Shown here one piece after another: positions 51,127 to 61,510 of a DNA stretch of 64,000 nucleotides. How positions within the stretch are numbered: position 1 is the first letter of the stretch; the number at the start of each line of letters is the position of its first letter. The notes below the pieces were generated by a model. The model worked only from the letters and a program-made list of their open reading frames with translations. It made no database searches and was not told the DNA's origin. The position numbers and the translations under genes were made by a program. Source of the DNA: an uncultured Bacteroidota bacterium (GTDB lineage Bacteria; Bacteroidota; Bacteroidia; Flavobacteriales; Flavobacteriaceae); the NCBI GenBank assembly GCA_902620455.1, contig CACNIG010000004.1:13936-77935 (forward strand), written 5' to 3'.

Positions 51127-51909
51127 ATGAAAAAATTATTACTATTATTAACACTCACATTTAGTATAACAAGCTCTGCGCAGTATGCTATTTTAAGCGC
51201 AGTAGATGTTAAAGATGGAATGGAAGAGCAATATCTTGCTTTAGAAGCATTTTTTGGACCAATTCATGATCTTGCTATTGAAAAGGGAATGCTAAATTCT
51301 CAAGCAGTATTCAAGGTAATTAACACTACTGACGATGGTGAAAATGTTGCGGACTATTTTATAATATCAGGATTTTCATCAAAAGAACAATTAGACGCTT
51401 ATTTAAGTACCTCAGCTGAAACAAATATGTCACTTGCAAAAGAGGCTCACAAAGGGAGTCTTTCTTCAAGAAGAGTTGAAAGGATAATGAGTTCTGTTGG
51501 GAATGAAAGTAATCAGAGAAGAAATTATCATCTTGTTGGAGTTGATGCCACTGTTTGGGCCGGAGGTGACCTAAAACCAGGAGATAAAATGAATATTCTT
51601 GGAACTATTGCTAAATCCGATGATTTTGAATCTTATGAATCAGAAGTATACAAACCAATGGTAGAGAAAGAAATTCTCAAAGGTAATCATAGGTGGTGGA
51701 GTCTTACTAAAATTTATGAAAGAACTGAAAATGCCTATGATGATATAACTCACATGTTCTTCAACATTGGAGTTGAAGGAAAGAATATGATGGAATCATG
51801 GGAGAAAATGCAGTCTACATTTAAAGGTAAAAAACTTATGGAAGGACTTCAATCTGCAAGTCAACACCAAAATGGAGGCCAGCTTGAATTAGTTTCAATT
51901 CATAACTAA
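51127..51909 (+). CDS. secreted hypothetical protein, paralog 2
   Basis: Signal peptide ending SSAQ and collinear similarity to 50352-51107. Starts 19 nt after paralog 1. Confidence 0.6.
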   Translation: MKKLLLLLTLTFSITSSAQYAILSAVDVKDGMEEQYLALEAFFGPIHDLAIEKGMLNSQAVFKVINTTDDGENVADYFIISGFSSKEQLDAYLSTSAETNMSLAKEAHKGSLSSRRVERIMSSVGNESNQRRNYHLVGVDATVWAGGDLKPGDKMNILGTIAKSDDFESYESEVYKPMVEKEILKGNHRWWSLTKIYERTENAYDDITHMFFNIGVEGKNMMESWEKMQSTFKGKKLMEGLQSASQHQNGGQLELVSIHN

Positions 51910-51930
51910 TTATCTAAATTTTATCATTAA

Positions 51931-51957
51931 AAGACCCACCTTAATGGTGGGTTTTTT
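51931..51957 (+). terminator. rho-independent terminator after the paralog pair
   Basis: Stem acccacc / ggtgggt, loop ttaat, then T6. Confidence 0.6.
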
Positions 51958-51968
51958 ATTTTTGTACC

Positions 51969-53180
51969 ATGTATAAAGAAGAAATAATTGAATTTTTATC
52001 TAATTATGGTATTAGTTCTTACGTATCAACCCTCATAGCAATAGGTACTATCATATTATCTATAGCAGTAATAGTTGTCATAATAAATTACATAACAAGA
52101 AGAATAATATTATCCTTTTTTAAAAGAATTGCAAAATCAACTTCATCAACTTTTGATGATCTTTTGATAAAGAATAGGGTTCCAAGACTTCTATCATTTA
52201 TACCATCACTGTTTTTTCTTTACATAGTTATTCCTACATACACAGATAACCTTGTAATTATTATTGAGGCATTGACTATTGTATTATTTATTGTAACCGT
52301 AAAGTCTGTTCTTGGTACAGTAAAAGACTATTTTAAACAAAGTTCTTCTTTAAAGCATATACCAATAGATAGCTATATCCAGGTAATAATGATATTTATT
52401 TGGTTCATTGGTATCATTTTGATTCTATCTGTACTTACTGGAAGAGAAATTGGAACATTTCTTGCTTCACTTGGAGCTCTTTCAGCTATTATTATATTAG
52501 TGTTTAGAGACACTATTCTAGGATTTGTATCAAGTATTCAAATTACAGTAAATGATACTGTAAGGATAGGTGATTGGATTACTATGAAAGGCTCTGATGC
52601 AGATGGAACTGTCATAGAAGTAAATCTTTCCACTGTTAAAGTTCAAAACTTTGACAACACAATTACAACAATTCCAACTTACAAGCTTGTCTCAGATTCA
52701 TTTATTAATTGGAGAGGGATGGAAGAATCAAAAGGGAGAAGAATAAAAAGATCACTTTTAATTAAACCAAGTTCTGTTCGATTTTTAGAAAATGAAGAAA
52801 TAATCGAACTTAAAAAAGTAAAACTAATTCATAATTATCTAACTAAGAAAAGCTCTGAAATTGAACTACATAATAAGAAAGAAAATGCTGATAAAACAAT
52901 GCTTTTAAATGGAAGGAACCTAACAAATTTAGGAGTATTTAGAAAATACATCGAGGAATACCTTAAATCTCATCCAATGACTAATGATGATCTCACAATG
53001 ATGTGTAGACAGCTTGAGCCCACTTCACAGGGAATTCCAATTCAGATATATACTTTTTCAAAAGACAAAGAGTGGACAAAATATGAGGCTTTAACCTCTG
53101 ATATTTTTGACCACCTTTTATCTTCTGTTAAATACTTTAAATTAGAATGCTTTGAACTTAACCAATCAACTCCTAATTAA
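51969..53180 (+). CDS. MscS-family mechanosensitive channel
   Basis: Four or five N-terminal TM segments, then the beta-domain motifs GDWITM and GTVIEVNLSTVKVQNFDNT. Confidence 0.85.
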   Translation: MYKEEIIEFLSNYGISSYVSTLIAIGTIILSIAVIVVIINYITRRIILSFFKRIAKSTSSTFDDLLIKNRVPRLLSFIPSLFFLYIVIPTYTDNLVIIIEALTIVLFIVTVKSVLGTVKDYFKQSSSLKHIPIDSYIQVIMIFIWFIGIILILSVLTGREIGTFLASLGALSAIIILVFRDTILGFVSSIQITVNDTVRIGDWITMKGSDADGTVIEVNLSTVKVQNFDNTITTIPTYKLVSDSFINWRGMEESKGRRIKRSLLIKPSSVRFLENEEIIELKKVKLIHNYLTKKSSEIELHNKKENADKTMLLNGRNLTNLGVFRKYIEEYLKSHPMTNDDLTMMCRQLEPTSQGIPIQIYTFSKDKEWTKYEALTSDIFDHLLSSVKYFKLECFELNQSTPN

Positions 53181-56100
53181 TACCACTTCCACTAATGTGA
53201 GGGGGATTTAAATCCTTAACTTCTTTTTCAAGGTTTTCTAACTCAGATTTTAAACTTTCAATGACAACTTTATAATCATTGAACATTTTCTGTGCAATAT
53301 CTAGGTTAGATACATTCAATTCAGTTGGTCCATAAGAAGTAGATAAGCCTTGCATAGCAATTCTAATTCTTGTAGACAGTGTAACCTTGTCCCATTCTCC
53401 AATTTCATCTCTTGCAGGGTTAGATTCATATTCTAGCTCTAGCTTATTATATTTATTTTTCATATCAGCTATTTTTTTCAACATTTCAGGAGAAAAAGTT
53501 TCTAATTGCATAGCTGCCTTTTCTAATATTTGAATTTTATTATCCATTAATCTAAATTCATCCTCATATTTTGAAATATCTATATATAGTGATGATAATT
53601 TTGTCCTAAATGAGTTATATTCATCATATGATGAGCCCTGAAGAGTTCCTTTTCTTAATGGCTTTACATTGAATGAGATTGGACCATCTAATTTCTCAAC
53701 AGTACCATCTTTTTCCATGAATAATTCTGCATGATACTCACCTGGGGTAACATAAGGGCCTGATGGATTATAATACCAACTAGATTGAGATCTACCAGCT
53801 CTTACAGGATAGTAACTTTTATGTCTTAAGTTCCAAGCAATTTTTCCTGAACCTTTTGATGCAGTCTTCTTTATGTTCCTAATATGATTCCCATCTGAAT
53901 CTTTGATAGTTAAAATTATACTAGCAGACTTTTCCTCCATCTCAGCAGCAAGTGCTTCATAACCTGGGAAAGGTATATCTTTCATATCCTTATTTAATAT
54001 TCTCTCAGATCTCATTCTTTTTGATTTTGATGTTGAAGGAACATCACTTAAATGATATGTAAATACCGCACCATATGTAGGGTTTTTCGCAATATAAAAC
54101 TGACCTCCTGTATTACCTAAAGAATTTCTAGGTTTAAATAATTTAGCATCTCTAGGCTTAAATAACTTCCCTTTTTTAGATAAATTTTCCTGAGTCATTT
54201 CTCTTAATGCACTATAGTCGTCAAGAACAAAGAAACCTCTTCCAAAAGAAGCTCCTACAAGATCATTTTCTCTCTCCTGAATAACAATATCCCTGAAAGA
54301 TATAGTAGGAGTTCCAGGAAGTTTTTGCCAATTTTGTCCAGCATTAAGAGAAGTATAAATACCAAACTCTGTAGCTAAAAAGAATAAGTTTTTGTTTACA
54401 TGATCTTGTACAAATCTCCAAATTAATGTTCTATCCGGAATATTATTTGAAATAGACTCCCATGAATCACCTAAATCATTACTTTTAAATAGATAAGGTG
54501 ATAAGTCACCTTCCTTGTGGTTATCTAGAGATACGTAAACTGTATTTGGGTCGTATAAATCTGCTTTAATATCATTTACAAAAGTCCTATCAGCTAATCC
54601 AAGTTTTGTTACTGGAATTGACTTCCATGATTCACCGCCATTTGTTGTTACTTGAATATAACCATCATCAGTTCCAGCCCATATTATCCCTTCTTGGACA
54701 GGAGACTCTGATAATGAAGTAATAGTGTTATATTGAGACATAGCTTTAACATCCCAGGCGTTATCCCAACTTTGTTTTCTACCCATAATAGGAAGTTCAA
54801 TCCTATTTTCATTTCTTGTTAAGTCTCCAGAAATAGGATTCCAACTATCTCCTCTATCAGTTGATTCCCAAACCCTATATGAGCCAATGTAAATTTTAGC
54901 AGGGTTATGAGGGCTAACTAGAATTGGAGTGTCCCAATTGTATCTTTCATGTGGGTCACCCTCTAATGCCTGTGGTTGAACAAAAACTTGTTCACCAGTT
55001 TCTAAATCAACTCTGTGAAATCTACCCTCTTGAGTGGTAGCATATATAATATTATTGTATTCAGGATCAGTAGCAGACTGATGACCATCAGCAAACAAAG
55101 TTTTATACCAGTCACGATTTGTTATTCCTGCTCCTTCATCAGTAGCCGACGGGCCTCCAGCAGATCCATTATCTTGAGTTCCACCAAATATGTGATAAAA
55201 AGGTTCTGCATTATTAACAGCAACTTTATAAAATTGAGTTAAAGGTAAGTTTAAAAAATAATGCCAATTTTGAGCTAAATCAAAACTTTCATAAATACCA
55301 GCATCAGTTCCAACCATTATGTAATCTGGATCACTTTCTTTGAATACGATAGCATGATGATCACTATGCTTTTGTCTAGCTCCCTCAAGAGTCCTAAAGT
55401 TTTTTCCACCATCTTCTGAAGTTAAAATTTGAACATTCATTAAATAAAGTCTGTCAAATTTATGAGGACTTGTATATAACTCTTGGTAATAGTGTGGACC
55501 TGTTCCACCTGAAACAGTATTTGACATTTTTTTCCATGATTCTCCCCTATCTACTGATCTATATATTCCACCTTTAGTTCTGTCTGTTTCAATGGCAGCA
55601 TAAACAACATCAGGATCTTGATAAGACATTGCAATACCAATTTTACCTAGATTAGACCTAGGTATTCCGTTTGTTAACTTTTTCCATGTATTTCCATTGT
55701 CGTCAGATCTATGAATACCAGATCCTGGTCCACCTCCCATGTATGATGCAACTGTTCTGTGCCTATCCCAAGTTGCTGCATAAATTACGTTTGAATATCT
55801 TGAATCCATCATAATATCAGTAACTCCTGTCCATTCAGAACCTCCCAATATCTTATTCCATGACTTACCTCCATCCATTGTTTTATAAAGGCCTCTTTCA
55901 CCACCACTTGACCATAAAGGTCCTTGCGCAGCAACATATACAACATCAGAGTTATCAGGATGAACAATTATCTCAGAAATGTGCTCAGTTTTCTTTAGAC
56001 CCATATTTTTCCATGTTTTTCCCCCATCAGCACTCTTATAGACACCATCCCCATATCCAACATGTCTACCTCCAACATTTTCACCTGTTCCAACCCAAAT

Positions 56101-56430
56101 AATACTTGGATTAGATGGATCTATTGTAATTGAACCAGTTGAGTAAACAGGTTGACTATCAAAAATAGGATTCCATGTAGTCCCAGCGTTATTTGTCATC
56201 CATACACCACCTGATCCTACCGCTACATACCATACATTTTCATTATCTGGATGTATTGCAATATCAGCTATTCTTCCAGAAAGAAATGCAGGACCAACAT
56301 TTCTGAACTTAAATGCATTTAGAGAAACTTGTTGATATTTTGAATTATCTTTTTGATTTCGCTTTCTCTGAGAGTTAGCTTCTATTGGTAACAGCAATAA
56401 GAAAGCTAACATTAATAATAGTTTTTTCAT
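53173..56430 (-). CDS. secreted BNR/Asp-box repeat (sortilin/VPS10-like) protein
   Basis: 1085 aa with at least 10 SxDxGxTW-type Asp boxes (SADGGKTW, TMDGGKSW, SDDNGNTW, SVDRGESW, STDRGDSW, TTNGGESW, SNDLGDSW and others). Confidence 0.8.
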   Translation of the reverse strand: MKKLLLMLAFLLLLPIEANSQRKRNQKDNSKYQQVSLNAFKFRNVGPAFLSGRIADIAIHPDNENVWYVAVGSGGVWMTNNAGTTWNPIFDSQPVYSTGSITIDPSNPSIIWVGTGENVGGRHVGYGDGVYKSADGGKTWKNMGLKKTEHISEIIVHPDNSDVVYVAAQGPLWSSGGERGLYKTMDGGKSWNKILGGSEWTGVTDIMMDSRYSNVIYAATWDRHRTVASYMGGGPGSGIHRSDDNGNTWKKLTNGIPRSNLGKIGIAMSYQDPDVVYAAIETDRTKGGIYRSVDRGESWKKMSNTVSGGTGPHYYQELYTSPHKFDRLYLMNVQILTSEDGGKNFRTLEGARQKHSDHHAIVFKESDPDYIMVGTDAGIYESFDLAQNWHYFLNLPLTQFYKVAVNNAEPFYHIFGGTQDNGSAGGPSATDEGAGITNRDWYKTLFADGHQSATDPEYNNIIYATTQEGRFHRVDLETGEQVFVQPQALEGDPHERYNWDTPILVSPHNPAKIYIGSYRVWESTDRGDSWNPISGDLTRNENRIELPIMGRKQSWDNAWDVKAMSQYNTITSLSESPVQEGIIWAGTDDGYIQVTTNGGESWKSIPVTKLGLADRTFVNDIKADLYDPNTVYVSLDNHKEGDLSPYLFKSNDLGDSWESISNNIPDRTLIWRFVQDHVNKNLFFLATEFGIYTSLNAGQNWQKLPGTPTISFRDIVIQERENDLVGASFGRGFFVLDDYSALREMTQENLSKKGKLFKPRDAKLFKPRNSLGNTGGQFYIAKNPTYGAVFTYHLSDVPSTSKSKRMRSERILNKDMKDIPFPGYEALAAEMEEKSASIILTIKDSDGNHIRNIKKTASKGSGKIAWNLRHKSYYPVRAGRSQSSWYYNPSGPYVTPGEYHAELFMEKDGTVEKLDGPISFNVKPLRKGTLQGSSYDEYNSFRTKLSSLYIDISKYEDEFRLMDNKIQILEKAAMQLETFSPEMLKKIADMKNKYNKLELEYESNPARDEIGEWDKVTLSTRIRIAMQGLSTSYGPTELNVSNLDIAQKMFNDYKVVIESLKSELENLEKEVKDLNPPHISGSGIN

Positions 56431-56483
56431 ATAGTTATTTTATTTTAATTAAGATTTGAAACTTTACCTAAATATAGTAATAT

Positions 56484-57389
56484 TTAGAAGATTTCAGCTA
56501 TCATACATCTTGCACTTCCACCTCCATTATCCTCAATGGTTTTGATGTCAGAATGAATAATTTCTGTATGTGATTCAATTCGTTTAATTTGAGATTTAGT
56601 AATTGAATTAAAAGCTCTAGAACTCATTATTAGCACAGGAGATTGATCTGAGTTAATTAGCTGAATGCAGTTACCAAGAAAAGAGGTCATTTGATTAATA
56701 CTTATATCTATAATCTCTAATCCTGAGTTATTTAAATTTTCAATAACATTGTTTCTTTCATTTTTATCCCTAATTGAATCTAGACATATAATTGTAAAAT
56801 TATTACATATTGACATCATAACATTTGTATGATAGATTGGTTTTGATTCATGTGAAGAATTGAAGACAACAGGGATATAATTCATATCAGAACAGAATTT
56901 TTTAAAAAGACTTAAATCAGATCTTCCTGATAAAGAGCAATAAGCTTTTTTTGATTTTCTATCTAACACAATACTTCCAGTTCCTTCTAGAAATCTATTT
57001 TCATTTTCATACAAAGAGTAATCATTTATAATTTCAATCTCAATTCCAGAAACAGAAAGCTTGTCTAATATTTTAGACTCTCTCTCAAACCTCCTGTTGG
57101 GAGCAAACATTGGGTATAATATGGCTTTGTGATAGTAGTGAAAAGAGATCCAATTATTTGGAAATACAGCATCAGGAGTATCAAATTTACTATCATCATC
57201 AAAACTGAATACTTCTATTCCCGAATTCGAAATAAGTTCTCTTAACCTATTAAATTCTTTTATCGCTAAATGCTCAATCTGATTTTGGTTAGTTTTTTTT
57301 GATTGAAAAACATTATCCAAAAGAGTGTGTTCATTATTCCTGAATTTGTCAGGAGAAATCATTAATATTTTAGAACTAAAATGGCTCAT
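56484..57389 (-). CDS. guanidino-group-modifying enzyme fold protein (CtlX / arginine-deiminase-related type)
   Basis: 301 aa with C-terminal GGGSARCMIAE, the catalytic Cys motif of the amidinotransferase superfamily. Confidence 0.65.
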   Translation of the reverse strand: MSHFSSKILMISPDKFRNNEHTLLDNVFQSKKTNQNQIEHLAIKEFNRLRELISNSGIEVFSFDDDSKFDTPDAVFPNNWISFHYYHKAILYPMFAPNRRFERESKILDKLSVSGIEIEIINDYSLYENENRFLEGTGSIVLDRKSKKAYCSLSGRSDLSLFKKFCSDMNYIPVVFNSSHESKPIYHTNVMMSICNNFTIICLDSIRDKNERNNVIENLNNSGLEIIDISINQMTSFLGNCIQLINSDQSPVLIMSSRAFNSITKSQIKRIESHTEIIHSDIKTIEDNGGGSARCMIAEIF

Positions 57390-58300
57390 TATTCTCTATA
57401 TAGGGGAAGTGTTGAACACCTTAATAAACCTGACATCTTTGAGACGTCAGAGTAATCAACTTTTTCAACTAAAATACCTTTTTCCTCTAGCCATTTGTTT
57501 AACCTTTTAAAACCTTTATTAGATACCACAACTTCAGGAGAAATAACAAATACATTTGATGTAAGCAAAAAAGATTCTCTGGAATTTGCAAGGAAAACAT
57601 TTTTTCTTCCAAAAAAATTAATTAAAAACTCATAATCTTCTTTATTTTTAAAACCATCAGGACATATTATTGCTTTATCTGGACCGATAGTTTGAAAACA
57701 GCAATCCAAATGAAGTGTATTTTCAAATATGTTTATGTTCGATTTTTTTATTTCAATTGGAATAATTTCAATGTTTGGTAGCATCTTTTTTAAATATTCA
57801 ATAGACGCAATATTTGTTCTAGCAGTAATTAAAGATGAATAATTAGCATCTAAGTAAGTCCCTATAAATAATTTGCCGTTATGTAAAACTACATCTCCCC
57901 CCTCTATGTGCATAAACTCAGGTAGTTTAATTACACCAACATCAAGATTTGTAATAATATTTTCTATTCCTTTGATTTCATCTTGCCGGGCAGGCACAAT
58001 ATTAGACATAAAGAAGATATTTGATATTACAAACCCCAGATCTCTTGTGAAGATTTGGTTACAATTAGGTATATTTTCTGGCCTAAGAATTTCGACATTA
58101 TGTTTTAATAATTTATTATGGAATTTCTCCACATTTTTTAATAAATCAGTTTCATTTGGGAAAGAATTATTCTTGGCATGATATAGTGATCGTGGATCAT
58201 ATGCATCAAATATATTTGGAGGTTCGCCTATATCATTGGCTATTCCAAGTATTACAGTTTTTAAGCTAGAATACTCATTTTCAATTTTAATTTTAATCAT
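57389..58300 (-). CDS. amidinotransferase / DDAH-like guanidino-group-modifying enzyme
   Basis: 303 aa with HIEGGDV, HLDC and C-terminal GLLRCSTLPL. Its stop shares one nt (57389) with the start of the downstream gene. Confidence 0.65.
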   Translation of the reverse strand: MIKIKIENEYSSLKTVILGIANDIGEPPNIFDAYDPRSLYHAKNNSFPNETDLLKNVEKFHNKLLKHNVEILRPENIPNCNQIFTRDLGFVISNIFFMSNIVPARQDEIKGIENIITNLDVGVIKLPEFMHIEGGDVVLHNGKLFIGTYLDANYSSLITARTNIASIEYLKKMLPNIEIIPIEIKKSNINIFENTLHLDCCFQTIGPDKAIICPDGFKNKEDYEFLINFFGRKNVFLANSRESFLLTSNVFVISPEVVVSNKGFKRLNKWLEEKGILVEKVDYSDVSKMSGLLRCSTLPLYRE

Positions 58301-61300
58301 TAAAGAACTTGGTTTTTCTTATTTGCAAAATAAGAAATTAAGCCTAAAATAATTATAAAACCAATAGAATAATATACAAAGTCAGGAGTAATGACTTTAT
58401 CACCAGAAGCATATGAATGAAGACCAACTAGATAAAAGTTGACACCGAAATAAGTCATAAGTATTGCACCAAATGAGATAATACTTAATAAGTTAAAAAG
58501 CCATTTATTGTTAAGTTTCGGCACTATTCTTAAATGAAGTACTGCCGTGTAAACAATAATACTTATTAGAGCCCATGTTTCCTTTGGATCCCATCCCCAA
58601 TATCTTCCCCAACTTTCATTTGCCCACATTCCACCTAAAAAGTTACCTATTGTTAACATTACAAGTCCAATAGTCAATGATAACTCATTGACAATAGTTA
58701 ATTCTTCTAATTTTTTAACAAAAGATTTTCTGTTCTTTTTATTTGCAATAATTGTCAGTAATAGTATAACTATACCCAGGATCATACCAATGGCAAATGG
58801 ACCGTAGCTTCCAACTATAACAGCAACATGAATCATAAGCCAGTAACTATCAAGTACAGGTTGAAGATTTGCAATTGAAGGATCTAACCAATTCATGTGA
58901 GCAACAGACAAAATAATAGAGGATACTAGAGTTGCTGAAGCCAAAGTAAAATATGATTTTCTTCCAAATATTATACCAAATATTACTGTTGCCCATGCGA
59001 CAAAAATTATTGATTCATATGCATCACTCCATGGAGCATGACCTGCTATATACCATCTAGCGGCAAGACCTAATGTGTTTAAGATAAACAAGAAATATAT
59101 TGAGTATTCAATAAATTTTATGAGAATATTGTAGAATTTCTTATCATTAAAAATTTGAAGAATTAAGATTAATAATAGAAAGCCCCCTAGTAATAGATAC
59201 CATTTATAAAGTCTATTGAAGATATCTACTTTGTTGTAAGTTATTTCAGATGATATTTTTAAATCACTTGGCATAACATTTCCGCCATATTTAAGTTGAT
59301 AGCCTTTAATGCTTTCAAGCAACTCCTCAGATTGAGAGTAATCACTACTTTCTCTTGATACTCTCAAAGTTTGAAAATATAATTGAAGAACATTATTTAC
59401 ATATAACGAGTCAGCACCACTAAATTCAACATCATTCACTTCAGGATAAGAAACCCATTTATTATTAGAATCCTCTGGAATTGGAAATATCCTCATTATT
59501 TTACCCTCTAAAGCGGAGTATAGAAGGTTAACTCTTCTATCTAATTCAATTATATCTTTTTCAATTTGGGATGGAACAGGAGCTAAATAGGCTCTTTCAA
59601 GGTTTTCAGCCAATTTATAGTTTCCAATAGAATCAAAAAATGAAACTAATGGAGCTTTCTTTACATTTTTATCTAGTCCAATAATCTTTCTTATAGTATC
59701 ACCTTTCTGACGTGATTTAATATAAACAAGTGGTGCATTAAACCATACGCCTGGGTTATCCATTATTGAGAGTAATACTTGATCAGAATTTAATCCATTG
59801 TATGAGTTAGACCTACTAACCTTTCTTAATAGCTCAGATGAAAAAGTGTTAGCTGGCTTCATTCTCCCTCCACTATCTTGAATAACTATTTTTCCAAATT
59901 TACTGGCATGCTCTTTAGTATATGATGTTGATGTAATTATTGAGTCAATATATTCACTTTTAGGAACCGAATTATTATTTTGACTAAATAACCCTGAACT
60001 GAAAAATAGCAAAACTAAAACAGCTGTCTTTTTATTTAATTGTTTTGCTAAAAATTTAAATCTAGAGTTTCCTAAAAAGAAAATCCCCATCATGCTTAAA
60101 TAGAGTAAAAAGTAGCCTGCATATGTTATGAATGTTCCCCAAAAATCATTGTTCACCGATAATACTGTGCCTTTTTCATCGGGATCAAATGAGGCTTGAA
60201 AGAATCTGTAACCTTTATAATTTAAAATGTTATTCATAAAAATATCATAATCAAATGTTTCTTTATCCTGAACTGTTACCTTGCTCATAAAGGAAGAGTA
60301 ACTATTTTCTGTTCCTGGATATTTTTCAGCTATAAAGTCATTTAACTGAATACTAAAAGGAAGTTCCACCTCATTGGAACCATATGATAAATGAAAATCA
60401 AGGTCATCTATTGTTAATGATTTTGGACTGTTAACGTATCCTCTGCCTCCTAACAATGCAACCTTTTCAGTTTTACCATTGTAATTGAGGTTTAGGTAAA
60501 GTGCATCTTCAATTTCCCTGTCTGTAACTTCAGCATCAACAATTTCGAAGACACCTCTTAAAGCAGGCTCTGGAAACACAAATTGAAAACCAGGTATTTG
60601 ATATAAGGATCTGAGCTCTAATGGCTGCTTAACATCTTTGGATAAATTACCATTTTGCTGGGTTGACATAATGGTAAATTGAGCATCAAAAGGTGACTCA
60701 ATAAAATATTCTCCAGCTTCAGAGGTTATGTTTATAGCCCCTTTTTGATAGGAATTAAAAGAAAATAAAATATTTTGAATACTAGAGATCTGACCCTCTT
60801 TTATGTAATGCTCACGTCTATTTCCGTCAACGGCCTCAACTAATTTTATATACCTTTCACCTGAAGGATCAAGTACTAGTCCCTCAGTAACATTCTCTCT
60901 AAAATCATCAAAAGAAATTGAAAAGTTTTTATTGTAAAAGTTTTCGTTAATTATAAAATCATTATTAACATGCTCAGATAAAAGAAGTTGAGATTTTAGA
61001 GTCTTTCTTTCTGTGACTCCCTCATTTTCACCATCAATAAAAACAGTCAGATATGTTTTTTCAGACAAATAAGAATTAGATATATTGTTCTCTCTAATTG
61101 GCATTACTCCTTCATCACCAATATATCTTGTAACAAACGCACCAAGTAAAATAAAAATAAATGATAAATGAAGAATAAGAACTGATAATTTTTCTCTACT
61201 TAAAAGGTTATACTTCTTTATGTTACCCATAAAGTTAACCATCAATAAAAGCATTAGAGCTTCAAACCACCATGCATTATAAATCCAAATTCTAGCTGCA

Positions 61301-61416
61301 TCAGTAGAGTACCAACTTTCTAAAAAAGTCCCTAATCCCATTGCGATTGGAAATAATACAAGCAACACTAGCATGAGCTGAGTTGAAAAAAGAAAATTTA
61401 GTAATTTAGATCCCAT
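58300..61416 (-). CDS. ccsBA: fused cytochrome c biogenesis protein CcsB(ResB)/CcsA
   Basis: 1038 aa. N-terminal ResB-like TM and periplasmic domain. The C-terminal CcsA part carries the W-rich motif WANESWGRYWGWDPKETW. Confidence 0.85.
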   Translation of the reverse strand: MGSKLLNFLFSTQLMLVLLVLFPIAMGLGTFLESWYSTDAARIWIYNAWWFEALMLLLMVNFMGNIKKYNLLSREKLSVLILHLSFIFILLGAFVTRYIGDEGVMPIRENNISNSYLSEKTYLTVFIDGENEGVTERKTLKSQLLLSEHVNNDFIINENFYNKNFSISFDDFRENVTEGLVLDPSGERYIKLVEAVDGNRREHYIKEGQISSIQNILFSFNSYQKGAINITSEAGEYFIESPFDAQFTIMSTQQNGNLSKDVKQPLELRSLYQIPGFQFVFPEPALRGVFEIVDAEVTDREIEDALYLNLNYNGKTEKVALLGGRGYVNSPKSLTIDDLDFHLSYGSNEVELPFSIQLNDFIAEKYPGTENSYSSFMSKVTVQDKETFDYDIFMNNILNYKGYRFFQASFDPDEKGTVLSVNNDFWGTFITYAGYFLLYLSMMGIFFLGNSRFKFLAKQLNKKTAVLVLLFFSSGLFSQNNNSVPKSEYIDSIITSTSYTKEHASKFGKIVIQDSGGRMKPANTFSSELLRKVSRSNSYNGLNSDQVLLSIMDNPGVWFNAPLVYIKSRQKGDTIRKIIGLDKNVKKAPLVSFFDSIGNYKLAENLERAYLAPVPSQIEKDIIELDRRVNLLYSALEGKIMRIFPIPEDSNNKWVSYPEVNDVEFSGADSLYVNNVLQLYFQTLRVSRESSDYSQSEELLESIKGYQLKYGGNVMPSDLKISSEITYNKVDIFNRLYKWYLLLGGFLLLILILQIFNDKKFYNILIKFIEYSIYFLFILNTLGLAARWYIAGHAPWSDAYESIIFVAWATVIFGIIFGRKSYFTLASATLVSSIILSVAHMNWLDPSIANLQPVLDSYWLMIHVAVIVGSYGPFAIGMILGIVILLLTIIANKKNRKSFVKKLEELTIVNELSLTIGLVMLTIGNFLGGMWANESWGRYWGWDPKETWALISIIVYTAVLHLRIVPKLNNKWLFNLLSIISFGAILMTYFGVNFYLVGLHSYASGDKVITPDFVYYSIGFIIILGLISYFANKKNQVL

Positions 61417-61510
61417 TTTAAAGCCATCAAAGATAAATACGAAATTTTAATATTTAGTAATTTAACATCGAATATCATGTTAAAGTTTATTTAAATTTGA
61501 AATAAATATT

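Noticed and set aside
50267-51957. Integrated mobile element at the tmRNA 3' end
   Set aside because: There is no duplicated copy of the ssrA 3' end, no integrase and no compositional break visible by eye. It is kept only as a low-confidence possibility in the findings.
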